DNA from: an uncultured Eubacteriales bacterium
Lineage (GTDB): Bacteria; Bacillota; Clostridia; Oscillospirales; Acutalibacteraceae
Direction of reading: 5' to 3'
Assembly: GCA_964368155.1 (NCBI GenBank)
Contig: CAYJBU010000002.1
Span: 1 to 55,102, forward strand
DNA: 55,102 nt
Part shown: one piece after another, positions 38,477-48,721 of the stretch
Layout: each line of letters opens with the position of its first letter
How positions within the stretch are numbered: position 1 is the stretch's first letter
Program-made: the position numbers and the translations under genes
The notes under the pieces: generated by a model
Told to the model about the DNA's origin: nothing
What the model saw: the letters and a program-made list of their open reading frames with translations, nothing else
Databases searched by the model: none

Positions 38477-39923
38477 AACCCAGTTCCTCCGCAACTTCCC
38501 TTACGACAATTCTCTCGTCAAAGGGGTATTTTACACCTTTAATATCTAAATAATCTTCACTGCCTTTTCCTGCGAGTACAATTACATCGCCCGCCAAAGC
38601 ATTTTCAAGAGAATACTTAATCGCATCTCTTCTTTTTGGAATTACAACAAATTCGCCTTTTGTCTTGTTCATTCCAACTTTAATATCATTAATTATATCG
38701 TCAATTTCTTCAAATCTCGAGTTGTCTTCCGTGATAATTGATAAATCAGCGAGATTTCCACTGCTTTCGCCCATTTCAAAGCGTCTGACTTTTGGACGGT
38801 TTCCACCTGCTCCAAAAATACAAATCAAACGGTTGGGGTTATATTCTCGCAAGGTCGAGAGCACGTTTTCCATGCTCAAAGCATTGTGTGCATAGTCTAG
38901 CAAAAAGGTGAATTTATCGCTGACTTTAATCGGCTCAACTCTGCCTCTTACAGTCACTTTTTCAAGCCCTTTTGCCATACTTTCTGGCGAAATTCCAAAG
39001 CAATGTGTGGCAGAAATTGCAGACAATGCATTATATGCGTTGAATTTTCCCGGAATTTGCATTTTTATGTCAATGTTCTCTAGGCCTTTCACAGTAAAAC
39101 CAGAACCCAGAACGCCTTTTTCGCAAATCAGTTTGCTGGCATATGCTTTGATATCTGCGTTTGAAGCAAATCCGAATTTAACAACATTACAATCGCAGTG
39201 GTCGATAATCTCCAAAGATTTTTCGTCATCAACATTGACGCAAGCGTTTTTGCACATCTTAAACAACATTTTTTTAGAGTCAAAATATTCTTCCATGTCC
39301 TTGTGCTCAACTCCGCCAATGTGGTCGTGAGAAAAGTTAGTGAAAACGGCGCAGTCGAAATCAAATCCATATACCCTGAAATCTTTCAGACCAATAGAGC
39401 TGACCTCCATTACCAGAAAATCGCAGTTTTGCTCCACCATTTCAGCCATTATTTTTTGAACAAGGTAAGACGCTGGCGTGGTGTTGTCGAGTGCCTCTAT
39501 ATTGTTACCGATGATTTTTCCAATTGTTCCAATAACTCCTACTTTTGCCCCTGTTTGCTCCAGAATGGATTTCACCATAAATGCGGTTGTGGTTTTGCCC
39601 TTTGTTCCTGTAATTCCCACTGTTTTTAGCTTTTTATATGGGTGGGAAAAAAACTGCATCGACAAAAGAGCCAATGCTTTGTGAGTGTTTTCTGTCATAA
39701 CAACAGGCACACTTACATCTATTTTGTCTTGTGCAATTATGAGCTTTGCACCATTTTCAACTGCTATTTTTGCATAGTCATGCCCATCTGAGGCAGAACC
39801 TTTTAAGCAGACGAAAACGCAGTTTTGCACGCATTTTCTTGAATCAAAAATAATGTCAGCGACATCAAATTCATCAAATTTTTCTGTTGTGCCAAGGATA
39901 TCTAATAATGTGTTAATTTCCAT
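38466..39923 (-). CDS. murE: UDP-N-acetylmuramoyl-L-alanyl-D-glutamate--2,6-diaminopimelate ligase
   Basis: 485 aa with P-loop GITGTKGKTTT and a DYAHNA block. The amino-acid specificity (DAP vs Lys) was not checked. Confidence 0.93.
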   Translation of the reverse strand: MEINTLLDILGTTEKFDEFDVADIIFDSRKCVQNCVFVCLKGSASDGHDYAKIAVENGAKLIIAQDKIDVSVPVVMTENTHKALALLSMQFFSHPYKKLKTVGITGTKGKTTTAFMVKSILEQTGAKVGVIGTIGKIIGNNIEALDNTTPASYLVQKIMAEMVEQNCDFLVMEVSSIGLKDFRVYGFDFDCAVFTNFSHDHIGGVEHKDMEEYFDSKKMLFKMCKNACVNVDDEKSLEIIDHCDCNVVKFGFASNADIKAYASKLICEKGVLGSGFTVKGLENIDIKMQIPGKFNAYNALSAISATHCFGISPESMAKGLEKVTVRGRVEPIKVSDKFTFLLDYAHNALSMENVLSTLREYNPNRLICIFGAGGNRPKVRRFEMGESSGNLADLSIITEDNSRFEEIDDIINDIKVGMNKTKGEFVVIPKRRDAIKYSLENALAGDVIVLAGKGSEDYLDIKGVKYPFDERIVVREVAEELGFEL

Positions 39924-39934
39924 ATTGTCCTCGC

Positions 39935-41083
39935 TTAAACTGTAATCTCTTTATAATAATCATAACTTAATTCGGTTACCCTTTTGCTGTCATATCTTTT
40001 GGCAACTTCCTTTAGTTTGTCATTGTCGAATTCATTCAATCTGTCGTACATCTCTTTTATTGCACGCGCTAAGTCATTCACGTTGTTTACTTCACAAAGA
40101 ACACTGCACTTGTTGTTTAAAAACATCATAGGGCCATGGATTTTAGTAGATACAACAGGCAAACCTGCAGCCAAAGCCTCGACAGCGGGAATTCCAAAAG
40201 TTTCGAACTCGGAAGAAATTACCATGCAGTCCATCTCTGTAAAAATTTCAGCAATTTCATTGTGGTTTTTTCTTCCTAAAAACTTTATGCTGTTGTTAAC
40301 GCCGGAATTTTTTGCATATTGCTTGTAAAAATCTTCAAGTTCTCCGTCGCCAATTGCGCTGTAATGTATAAAAGGAATTTCCTTTTTTAGTATCTTGATA
40401 GCTTCGATGATGTTTTCCAATTTTTTTCCCGGCCTCATAGCGCATACTGATACTATATTAAACCGAGGTACGTTTGAATTTACTCTTTTTTTGTCAAATG
40501 TTTTACAATTTACCACATTTGGCAAAACTTCTGCTTTTATCCCATTTTTTCGGTATTCCTCTGTCATAAAATCCGAAACACATGTGATTTTTGCATGTTT
40601 CATAACTACGTCGTTGTATTTTTTGTAAGGGTCTTTAAAGAATTTGGAAAATTCAGAAAAGTGCTCTGTCATTATAACAGGTACGCCGATTTTTTTAGAA
40701 AGCTCACAACATGCATAGCCCGACGGAATTGACACGTGCGCATGCAAAACATCGGGTTTTCCATTTAATTTCTCGTAATTTTTGTATGCCTTAAAAAGTG
40801 CTTTCTTATAGGCTTTCATTTGTATGTCAAAGCCGAATCTAGATAAATCAAGCATTTTTTTTCCATATGTTTTAAAGAGTTCAAACTCTTCTACATAGTC
40901 TTTTTTTGAAAAAAGATACGATTTAATCATGGAGAGACCTTGCCTGTCGATATAAAGCAAATTCACTTTAAATCTGTTGTCTTGTGCAAGTGATTGAGCA
41001 AAGTCAATGTGATATTTACCCATGAGTTTATCCACACCGTTTGGATACCACGAGGGCACAACAAGAACATGAAGTTTTTCCAT
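39935..41083 (-). CDS. Family 4 (GT-B) glycosyltransferase
   Basis: The start is set at M7 (MEKLHVLVVPSWYP), which has a GAAAGGA RBS. The C-terminal E..GIPAVEALAAGLPVVST is the GT4 signature. Confidence 0.88.
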   Translation of the reverse strand: MEKLHVLVVPSWYPNGVDKLMGKYHIDFAQSLAQDNRFKVNLLYIDRQGLSMIKSYLFSKKDYVEEFELFKTYGKKMLDLSRFGFDIQMKAYKKALFKAYKNYEKLNGKPDVLHAHVSIPSGYACCELSKKIGVPVIMTEHFSEFSKFFKDPYKKYNDVVMKHAKITCVSDFMTEEYRKNGIKAEVLPNVVNCKTFDKKRVNSNVPRFNIVSVCAMRPGKKLENIIEAIKILKKEIPFIHYSAIGDGELEDFYKQYAKNSGVNNSIKFLGRKNHNEIAEIFTEMDCMVISSEFETFGIPAVEALAAGLPVVSTKIHGPMMFLNNKCSVLCEVNNVNDLARAIKEMYDRLNEFDNDKLKEVAKRYDSKRVTELSYDYYKEITV

Positions 41084-41111
41084 TTTAACGCATCCTTTCA
41101 ATGATTTGTCC

Positions 41112-41140
41112 TAGCCGAGCTCATTACATGAACTCGGCTA
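41112..41140. repeat. Palindromic element copy 2 (short form), 3' of the rubredoxin-fusion gene
   Basis: TAGCCGAGCTCAT-tac-ATGAACTCGGCTA. The minus-strand reading TAGCCGAGTTCATGTAAT is identical to copy 1. Confidence 0.8.
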
Positions 41141-41162
41141 TGTGTCTTTAGTAACTAAAAAA

Positions 41163-41831
41163 TTAAATTTTTCTAACAAAAGCTCTTTTGGATATCTTGC
41201 AAATTGGGCAAACCCATTTATCTCCCAATTCTTCAAAACTGAAGTTCGGGTCGTTATATTCATATCCGCAAACCGAACAAACAAATGCTTCTCCAGTGCT
41301 TTTGTCAAAAGTGTTAGGAGGTGGGAAATATGCAGGAGATTCTTTTGTTGCAGTTCCTTTTAGCACTTCTGTGTAAAAATCATAGCTCATAGGTTTTCCG
41401 ATGGAGTAATCGCTTCCAGCGACGATTTTTCCGAAAAAGATATATTGATTATTGTACTCAACAGTTTTTTCTAACTCGCACAAAAACCAACAGCAAGTAT
41501 TTTCTTTGATGACAGGAACGCCCTCAATTAAAACTTTGTGTCTGATGTGCAAAAGTTTTTCTGTTTTTTTGCCCGAAACCAATCCCAAAGCGCCAATTAC
41601 AGAACCAGGGGTGTCTTCTGACAAAATAGAAATTGTGAAAAGTCCGCTTTTTTTAACACAGTAAGCGCTGTAACTCTCTTTGTTAATGGCTACAGCCAAA
41701 CAAAGCTCTTTGCCATTTGAAATTTGCGTGACGGAATTTACAATGCAAGCAGAAATTTTATCTCCGTCTTTAACTCCTATAGCATACATTCCGTAACTAA
41801 TATTTTTTAACACACTGCTATTCACATACAT
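41163..41831 (-). CDS. Flavin reductase-like domain fused to a C-terminal rubredoxin (high-molecular-weight rubredoxin type)
   Basis: 222 aa with an N-terminal flavin reductase-like fold. The C-terminal CSVCGYEY...WVCPICK supplies the two CxxC pairs of a rubredoxin. Confidence 0.85.
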   Translation of the reverse strand: MYVNSSVLKNISYGMYAIGVKDGDKISACIVNSVTQISNGKELCLAVAINKESYSAYCVKKSGLFTISILSEDTPGSVIGALGLVSGKKTEKLLHIRHKVLIEGVPVIKENTCCWFLCELEKTVEYNNQYIFFGKIVAGSDYSIGKPMSYDFYTEVLKGTATKESPAYFPPPNTFDKSTGEAFVCSVCGYEYNDPNFSFEELGDKWVCPICKISKRAFVRKI

Positions 41832-41936
41832 TACCGCCCTTTCAATTAATATGAGTTTTTATGCTTTTTTTATAACAAAATTAATAAGTTAATTATTATT
41901 TTCATGTTTCATAATTTAAAATTACCGATAAGGAAA

Positions 41937-43211
41937 CTATACATTATTTTTTTTCTTGATATTTTCCCAATATGCCTTAAAACCTGACTCGCTTTTGTTC
42001 TCTGCTGGAACATAATAAGTCGTGCCTTTTAAGCAGTCGGGCATATACTGTTGCTCGACATATCTGTTTGGGAAATCGTGGGGATAAAGATAAAATTGCC
42101 CTTTTTTCTCAATCTCTGCACCATCAAAATGCTTGTTCTGCAAATTGCGTGGAATTGCACCTGTTTTTCCGTTTTTAACATCTGCAATTGCCTTCATAAT
42201 TGCGACTTCGCCAGTGTTCGATTTTGGCGCAGTTGCAACTAAGATAACTGCATCTGACAAAGGGATTGCAGCTTCGGGAAATCCTACCATTAATGCGATG
42301 TCGACACAGGCTTTGACAGTGGGGATTACCGACGGCCATGCTAGCCCAACGTCTTCGCAAGCACAAATTAAGAGTCTTCTGCAAATAATTGCTAAATCGC
42401 CTGCGACTATCAATCGTGCGAGGTAGTGCAGTGCGGCGTCAGGGTCTGAACCTCTCATAGACTTTTGAAAAGCAGATATAATGTCGTAGTGTTCGTCGCC
42501 GTCTTTGTCGTATCTCATAGAGCTTTTTTGAGTGATTTCCTTTGCAGTTTCAAGGCTGATATTCAATGTTTCGCCTTCGTTCAGCGCACTCAAAACGCAT
42601 AACTCAACTGCGTTCATCGCTTTTCTAACATCTCCTGCACAAGCTGTGGAGATATGTTTTGAGACACCATTTTCTAAAATTAATTCTTGCCCCAGCTCCT
42701 CGCTGAGAATGGAAAAAGCTCGAATTACCGATTTTTCTACTTGGGGGGGTGTGACAGGTTTGAATTCAAAAACTGTCGAGCGACTTAAAATTGCGTTATA
42801 TACATAAAAATATGGATTTTCGGTAGTCGATGCGATTAGGGTGATTTTTCCGTTTTCGATGAATTCGAGCAGTGTTTGCTGTTGTTTTTTTGTAAAATAC
42901 TGAATTTCGTCAAGATACAAAAGAACTCCGTTTACACCGCTGAAAGTTTCTGTTTCAGCAATAACAGCCCTTATGTCTGCAGTTGAAGCGTTTGTTCCGT
43001 TGAGTTTCACAAGCCTTTTGTTTGTGCTTTGGGCGATGATACTTGCAACGGTAGTTTTGCCAACTCCTGACGGACCGTAAAAAATCAAGTTAGGAACTTC
43101 GCCTTTGTCAATGATGTTTCTAAGAACCTTGCCCTTTGCAAGAATATGCTCTTGCCCGACAACGTCGTTTAATGTTTTGGGACGAATTCTGTCCGCTAAA
43201 GGGGAACTCAT
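41937..43211 (-). CDS. rarA: Replication-associated recombination protein A (AAA+ ATPase)
   Basis: 424 aa with Walker A GPSGVGKTT and the MgsA C-terminal domain (AFQKSMRGSDPDAALHYLARL). Confidence 0.95.
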   Translation of the reverse strand: MSSPLADRIRPKTLNDVVGQEHILAKGKVLRNIIDKGEVPNLIFYGPSGVGKTTVASIIAQSTNKRLVKLNGTNASTADIRAVIAETETFSGVNGVLLYLDEIQYFTKKQQQTLLEFIENGKITLIASTTENPYFYVYNAILSRSTVFEFKPVTPPQVEKSVIRAFSILSEELGQELILENGVSKHISTACAGDVRKAMNAVELCVLSALNEGETLNISLETAKEITQKSSMRYDKDGDEHYDIISAFQKSMRGSDPDAALHYLARLIVAGDLAIICRRLLICACEDVGLAWPSVIPTVKACVDIALMVGFPEAAIPLSDAVILVATAPKSNTGEVAIMKAIADVKNGKTGAIPRNLQNKHFDGAEIEKKGQFYLYPHDFPNRYVEQQYMPDCLKGTTYYVPAENKSESGFKAYWENIKKKNNV

Positions 43212-43252
43212 TTCAAGCGAAGCTCCTTTCTTTGAAATTACTAATAACTAAA

Positions 43253-44506
43253 TTATTCGTATAATGGATATTTTGAGCAAATTGAATTTACTTTTTCTTG
43301 AATGTTTAGGGTGTTGTTTTCGAAATCAGTAACAGCAAGATAAATACACTCTGCAATAACGTCCATGTCGTCTTCTTTTAGGCCTCTTGTAGTCACAGCA
43401 GCTGTTCCAATTCGAATTCCACTTGTAACAAAAGGACTTCTTTTTTCGCCTGGGATTGTGTTTTTGTTTACTGTGATATAAACTTCATCAAGTCTTTTTT
43501 CAAGCTCTTTTCCAGTGACTTCTGTCTCGGATAAATCAAGCAACATTAGGTGATTGTCAGTTCCACCTGAAACGAGTTTGAGACCTCTATTTGTAAGCCC
43601 TTGAGCCAAAGCTTGAGCGTTGTCGACAATTTGTTTTCCATATGCTTTGAAATCATCTTGCAAAGCTTCGCCAAAACATACTGCTTTTGCTGCGATTGTG
43701 TGCATTAATGGTCCACCCTGTGTTCCAGGGAAAATAGCCTTGTCCACTGCTTTTGCATATTCCTCTTTGCACAAAATCAAGCCGCCTCTTGGTCCTCTTA
43801 AAGTTTTGTGTGTTGTGCTTGTAACGATGTCTGCGTATGGAACCGGATTTTCGTGAACTCCTGCTGCAACCAATCCAGCGATGTGTGCCATGTCAACCAT
43901 CATCATTGCACCGCAAGCGTCACAAATTTCACGAATTTTTGCAAAATCTAGCGCTCTTGGATATGCGCTAGCTCCAGCGACCAACATTTTTGGTTTAAGC
44001 TCTTTTGCTTGCTCCATCAATTTATCATAATCAATTTTGTGAGATACTTCGTCAACTCCATATGCAACAAAGTTGTAGTATTTACCCGACATATTAACAG
44101 GTGAACCATGTGTTAAGTGACCGCCTTCGTTAAGGTTCATTCCCAAAACTGTGTCGCCCGGCTCTAAAAAGGCGAAATAAACTGCAAGGTTTGCTTGTGC
44201 GCCAGAGTGAGGTTGAACATTCGCATGGTCTGCGCCAAACAGCTCACATGCTCTTTTTCTTGCGATTTCTTCTGCAACGTCAACACATTCGCAACCGCCG
44301 TAATAGCGTTTTGAAGGGTAACCCTCTGCGTATTTATTTGTTAGAACAGAACCCATTGCCGCCATAACAGCTGGGGAAACTAAATTTTCTGAAGCGATTA
44401 GTTCAAGATTGCGCCTTTGTCTTTGCAACTCGCTTTTCATAGCAAGCCCTAACTCTTCATCAACATTTGTGATAAATCCTATACTGTTTTGTAAATCTGC
44501 ATACAT
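43253..44506 (-). CDS. glyA: Serine hydroxymethyltransferase
   Basis: The start is set at M6, with GGAGG 8 nt upstream. It has the ELIASEN and [12 protein letters not shown] (PLP lysine) blocks. Confidence 0.97.
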   Translation of the reverse strand: MYADLQNSIGFITNVDEELGLAMKSELQRQRRNLELIASENLVSPAVMAAMGSVLTNKYAEGYPSKRYYGGCECVDVAEEIARKRACELFGADHANVQPHSGAQANLAVYFAFLEPGDTVLGMNLNEGGHLTHGSPVNMSGKYYNFVAYGVDEVSHKIDYDKLMEQAKELKPKMLVAGASAYPRALDFAKIREICDACGAMMMVDMAHIAGLVAAGVHENPVPYADIVTSTTHKTLRGPRGGLILCKEEYAKAVDKAIFPGTQGGPLMHTIAAKAVCFGEALQDDFKAYGKQIVDNAQALAQGLTNRGLKLVSGGTDNHLMLLDLSETEVTGKELEKRLDEVYITVNKNTIPGEKRSPFVTSGIRIGTAAVTTRGLKEDDMDVIAECIYLAVTDFENNTLNIQEKVNSICSKYPLYE

Positions 44507-44569
44507 AAAAAATACCTCCAAAAATTTTTTAACCCAAATATATATTATTTTTCAGTCCCAAAAGAAACC

Positions 44570-45274
44570 TCAAAACATTGGTAAAATAACGGTGTCAATA
44601 AAATAAATCAATCCCAAGTGGACAGGGTAAATAAAATAAAACAGCCATTTATATGAACTTCCGCCCTTTTTCCCACTGTAAAAAACAAGGGGAACAGCCG
44701 CAAAGCCTGCGTACATCTGAATTGAGTTAATCGAGAGAACGTTATAGTGGTAGCCCTCAATGCTAAAGCCCCAATTCATGAAACCATAGAAAAGATACAA
44801 AACTCCTAAGAATCCAAGAATATCTGCGCCTCGATATTTTCGAAGCATGTAAAACAGGACTATCATAGTAATTCCAAATGCACCATACGAGGCGTAAGTG
44901 AAAACAGAAAGGAAAATCATTGCAATTACAAGTAAGAAATAAGCACTGTTTTTTCTGGTTCTTTCTAAGAAAATCAATGCGAGAAAACCAATTGACAACT
45001 CCCACATAATGCTTTGGTTAAACCAATTGAACATTGTATGGCTTGTAAATAAATCATAAGGAATTTCAGAAATCACCGTGAAAAGCAAAAGTCTTATGAG
45101 GTAGTTTGTTTTGTTTCGTGTGTGTGAGAATCCTTGCACCAGCAAGAAAGCGAAAATCGGGAAAGAAAGTCTTCCGATAATTCTGAAAATCATCATTGAC
45201 GGAAAAAATGTCAATCCGACATGGTCTATTATCATTGTTAAAAGGGCAATCCATTTCAACGCTGTAGCTGTCAT
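44570..45274 (-). CDS. TraX family membrane protein
   Basis: 234 aa and polytopic. The N-terminal LKWIALLTMIIDHVG is typical of TraX-family proteins. Confidence 0.75.
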   Translation of the reverse strand: MTATALKWIALLTMIIDHVGLTFFPSMMIFRIIGRLSFPIFAFLLVQGFSHTRNKTNYLIRLLLFTVISEIPYDLFTSHTMFNWFNQSIMWELSIGFLALIFLERTRKNSAYFLLVIAMIFLSVFTYASYGAFGITMIVLFYMLRKYRGADILGFLGVLYLFYGFMNWGFSIEGYHYNVLSINSIQMYAGFAAVPLVFYSGKKGGSSYKWLFYFIYPVHLGLIYFIDTVILPMF

Positions 45275-45492
45275 TTTTTTACTCCGTTTCGTGGTTTTGA
45301 GTTGTTAAAATAATCGAAATATTATTCTTTTTCGGTATATATACTTTAATAAATGCTTCAAACTTTACAAAATTAATTTCTGTTGTCACATATTAAAACC
45401 GATACTTTGTCATTATACTATAAAATGTCAAATAATACAACAATAAAAACAAATTTTGTGAAAGAATTGGCTTGGAAAATTCAATAATTCGT

Positions 45493-45521
45493 TTGCCTTT
45501 CATTTAGAAATGTGATACAAT
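45493..45521 (+). promoter_or_regulatory. Sigma-A promoter (extended -10) of the DUF4317 gene
   Basis: TTGCCT, a 17-nt spacer, then TGaTACAAT. Confidence 0.5.
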
Positions 45522-45557
45522 ACTGATTAGAAAAAATTAATTGTAAAGGAATTGCAT

Positions 45558-46688
45558 ATGCACGATAAAGAAATAGGCGAAATTCGCAGAAGATTTAAAA
45601 TTGACAAAACTAATATTAACACAATTTACGGATGCTTTGTAAACGAAAGACGAGAAATAATCTCAACTTTTGAGCAATCTTTAATAAATGCAACAGAGAG
45701 TGAAAGGGAAATGTATCTAGCCCTTTTAAAGAAAACTCTTGCTGGAACTCTTAACAAAAATTTGCTGAATATTTCATTTGAAACAGCTCAGGTAAGAGAA
45801 TCTGAGGAGCACGGTTTGTTGATGAAATTAAAGGACAGCTCGCTTAAAGATGAGGAGAGTTTGTCTTCTTTGTACGCAAAGATAATTGAGAACATAATGC
45901 TTGAGGGGAATTATTTAATTTTGGTAGCAAGCGAAAAATATGACGTTCCATATAAAGCGAAAGATGGAAATATTTTCAGCGAGGCTTCAGACAGCACTTT
46001 TAATTATTTTATAGCGTGTGTATGTCCCGTAAAAGAGTCTACAGCAGGACTGGAGTATGTTCCAACCGAGAATAATTTCCAAAACAGCGGAAGCACACAA
46101 AGGGTATATCCACCTGTTTTAGGCTTTATGTTCCCAAGTTTCAACGACAGGGCAACAGATATTTATAATGTGTTGTATTTCACAAAAAATGCTGCTGATA
46201 ATCATCCCGAACTGGCACAAGCTTTGTTCAACAGAGATTTGGACATGCCGGCAGAAAGTGAAAAGGAAGTTTTCCGTTCTATTTTAAGGGAGGCGCTCGA
46301 AACAGATTGCAAACTTGAGACCTTGCAAACTTTGCAAAATAAAATGGAATTCACTATTTTGGAGCACAAAGAGAGTAAAAATCCAAACGCTTTGACTATT
46401 GAGAAAAATTCAGTGCTACATATGCTTGAGGACTGCGGAGTGAGCGATGAGAAGGTTGAAGTTTTCTCTCAAAAATACGATGAAGAACTAGGCGAAAGCA
46501 ATGTCATTAATCCCAAAAATATCATAAGCCAAAGTCAGTTCGAGATTAAAACACCAAATGTGGTTATCAAGGTTAGGCCCGAGTTCAAAGAGCTGATTGA
46601 AACCAGAGTTATCGAAGGGAAAAAATACATACTTATTGACGCAGAAAACTCCGTCGAAGTCAACGGAGTTTCGATAGATATTGAATGA
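45558..46688 (+). CDS. DUF4317-like protein, unknown function
   Basis: The start is set at ATG 45558, which has an AAAGGA RBS. The N-terminal KEIGEIRRRFKIDKTNINTIYGCFVN resembles the Firmicutes-restricted DUF4317 family. This is from memory and was not searched. Confidence 0.65.
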   Translation: MHDKEIGEIRRRFKIDKTNINTIYGCFVNERREIISTFEQSLINATESEREMYLALLKKTLAGTLNKNLLNISFETAQVRESEEHGLLMKLKDSSLKDEESLSSLYAKIIENIMLEGNYLILVASEKYDVPYKAKDGNIFSEASDSTFNYFIACVCPVKESTAGLEYVPTENNFQNSGSTQRVYPPVLGFMFPSFNDRATDIYNVLYFTKNAADNHPELAQALFNRDLDMPAESEKEVFRSILREALETDCKLETLQTLQNKMEFTILEHKESKNPNALTIEKNSVLHMLEDCGVSDEKVEVFSQKYDEELGESNVINPKNIISQSQFEIKTPNVVIKVRPEFKELIETRVIEGKKYILIDAENSVEVNGVSIDIE

Positions 46689-46699
46689 ATTTAGAAGAT

Positions 46700-47926
46700 T
46701 TAGTCGCCGATTTTTTTAGATAGTTTTATACACAAAAATACTAACGGAAGAAGAATAACGCTGATTAGCACCAGCAAAAGTGATATGCTAATCCCCTCTA
46801 TTCCAAGCAAAATTCCCATGACTGCTTGGCATGATGGCTCGGTAAATCCGCCAAAAACAACTACTAATGCCATAACTTTTCCCACAAGGTTTTCTGGAGT
46901 GTTTTTTTGAATGTGGATGTTGCGCAAAATGTAATTCATTCCAATTGTCACCATCAAAATGAAGGTGAAAACACAAAGGAAGATAAAGGAAATGAATGCA
47001 GAGTTTAGAAGTAATGATATGCCCAAAAATGCCACTGCGACAATTCCCAAAAGCAAGATGAAACCAGAGTTTTTATATTTGAATTTGTGAGGAAAGCTGA
47101 AAATTATTGTTCCTGCGACAAGTGTTCCACAGCTGATAACTGCACTGAAAATTCCGTAATATTGCGGAGTTAATCCAAGGTGAATGTTCACGATGTAAGG
47201 GAGACCTACAACGGTTATCGAGGAGAAAACTCCTATTATTCCTGCGCCACATAAAATTAAATAGAATAGATTTTTGTTCTCTTTTAGAATATAAGATAAA
47301 GCGTCTTTAATGCCAGTCTGTTGATGATTGTTGTTAGAGTCGCTTTTTCTTTCTAGTTTTATGAAAATCTCGACAAAAATTGAAAGAATAAAGAGGAAAG
47401 AGGAGAACAAAAGGATGTGCCCAATGTGAAAAATCACGTACACAAACCCTGCTATAATTGGAGACACAATGCTGGAAAGAGAGTTTATTTGAGACACGAC
47501 AGAGTTCGCACGTGCGAGATTAGTGGTGTGCACCACACGAACAATTGACGATGAGACACTTGGGAAATATGCTGCACCGATAGCAGACAGCAAAATTTTT
47601 GCGTAAAATATTTGGCTGACACTTAAGGAGCCTTGTACCTCGTGCAGAACAAATAGAGTTCCAACAGTTATTGCTGCAAGGAAATCAAGGACAATCATTA
47701 TGTTTCGTTGATTGAATTTGTCTGCGAGTGAGCCACCTAGTGGAGCAAAAATCGCCCAAGGAATTACACTGACTGCAGTGATGAACCCAAAAGTTTCACT
47801 TGAACCTGTCAACTCTAAAACATATAGACCAAGCGAAAAATTCAGAGAAGCGCCGACTACAACTGATATGATTTGCCCCACAACGATGAGAGAATAGTTT
47901 CGGTTAAATAAGTTTGTTTTTTTCAA
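46700..47926 (-). CDS. MFS transporter (probable efflux pump)
   Basis: It has about 12 TM helices. The start is set at TTG 47926, with GAGGAA 6 nt upstream, giving MKKTNLFNRNYSLIVVGQ. The track ORF extends to 47983. It is divergent from a TetR gene. Confidence 0.82.
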   Translation of the reverse strand: MKKTNLFNRNYSLIVVGQIISVVVGASLNFSLGLYVLELTGSSETFGFITAVSVIPWAIFAPLGGSLADKFNQRNIMIVLDFLAAITVGTLFVLHEVQGSLSVSQIFYAKILLSAIGAAYFPSVSSSIVRVVHTTNLARANSVVSQINSLSSIVSPIIAGFVYVIFHIGHILLFSSFLFILSIFVEIFIKLERKSDSNNNHQQTGIKDALSYILKENKNLFYLILCGAGIIGVFSSITVVGLPYIVNIHLGLTPQYYGIFSAVISCGTLVAGTIIFSFPHKFKYKNSGFILLLGIVAVAFLGISLLLNSAFISFIFLCVFTFILMVTIGMNYILRNIHIQKNTPENLVGKVMALVVVFGGFTEPSCQAVMGILLGIEGISISLLLVLISVILLPLVFLCIKLSKKIGD

Positions 47927-48019
47927 AGCAAGTTCCTCGTTACATTCTATAGTATAGTAAGATAATGACGCTCGCAAAGGCATTTGCGAGTGAGTGGCAC
48001 TGGTTCACGCAGTTTTATG

Positions 48020-48048
48020 TTGCATTTATTCTATGTATACAGTATAAT
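48020..48048 (+). promoter_or_regulatory. Sigma-A promoter of the TetR gene with a candidate operator palindrome
   Basis: TTGCAT, a 17-nt spacer, then TATAAT. The spacer contains the perfect palindrome TGTATACA (48034-48041). Confidence 0.55.
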
Positions 48049-48153
48049 ATAAATCAAGATAAAAAACCATAGTCAATTATAATACGAATGTAAAATAATA
48101 GACACATGACTATAAATTGTATATTTTGTATGTTGGTGTTGAAAGGGAATGTT

Positions 48154-48702
48154 ATGGCAGACAGAAGAAAAATTAGGAGCGACAGAGAAATAAGAAAGGT
48201 TTTTCTTGAATTGCTCAAAAAGAAGAAACTGGAACACATTACTGTTGCAGAGTTGACTCGTGAGGCGGACATTGGAAGAGCAACGTTCTATCTACACTAT
48301 AAAGATGTTTACGACCTTTTTGAGAAAATGGAGCTTGAATTGTTTTTTTCTCTAAAAGAAATTTTTGCGCGCAGAGAAGACGAGGATATAAGCCGGTTAT
48401 TGTTGAGGAGAGTGACCGAGACCATAGAGTATATTGAGGACAATATTGATTATGTAAGGGTGTTTTTTGCAGGGAAAGAATCTATTTTGCGCTTGGAACA
48501 ATACTGTTCTAAACAATTTTTACTAGAGTTTTATCCGAATGAAAAAACAAACTATGGAGTTGTGGAAGTAGATTTTGTTGCATGGGGGTTTGTGGGAGTA
48601 ATCAAAAATTGGATTTTGGGAAATATAGTTGCAGAAAAAAAAGAGCTAATAAACATACTAATGCATGTTCTAGCTCGATTTATACCTGATGTTATAATAT
48701 AA
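48154..48702 (+). CDS. TetR/AcrR family transcriptional regulator
   Basis: The start is set at M17 (MADRRKIRSD), which has a GAAAGGGA RBS. The HTH is ITVAELTREADIGRATFYLHYKD. Confidence 0.9.
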   Translation: MADRRKIRSDREIRKVFLELLKKKKLEHITVAELTREADIGRATFYLHYKDVYDLFEKMELELFFSLKEIFARREDEDISRLLLRRVTETIEYIEDNIDYVRVFFAGKESILRLEQYCSKQFLLEFYPNEKTNYGVVEVDFVAWGFVGVIKNWILGNIVAEKKELINILMHVLARFIPDVII

Positions 48703-48721
48703 AATGGTGTGGACCACAATA

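Noticed and set aside
38908-39629. Two long plus-strand ORFs (140 and 143 aa) inside murE.
   Set aside because: They are antisense to a strongly supported murE frame, have no RBS and have low-complexity composition. They are typical shadow ORFs in AT-rich genomes. The same reasoning applies to 7345-7704, 17152-17562, 18042-18514, 3198-3494 and the other short antisense track ORFs.
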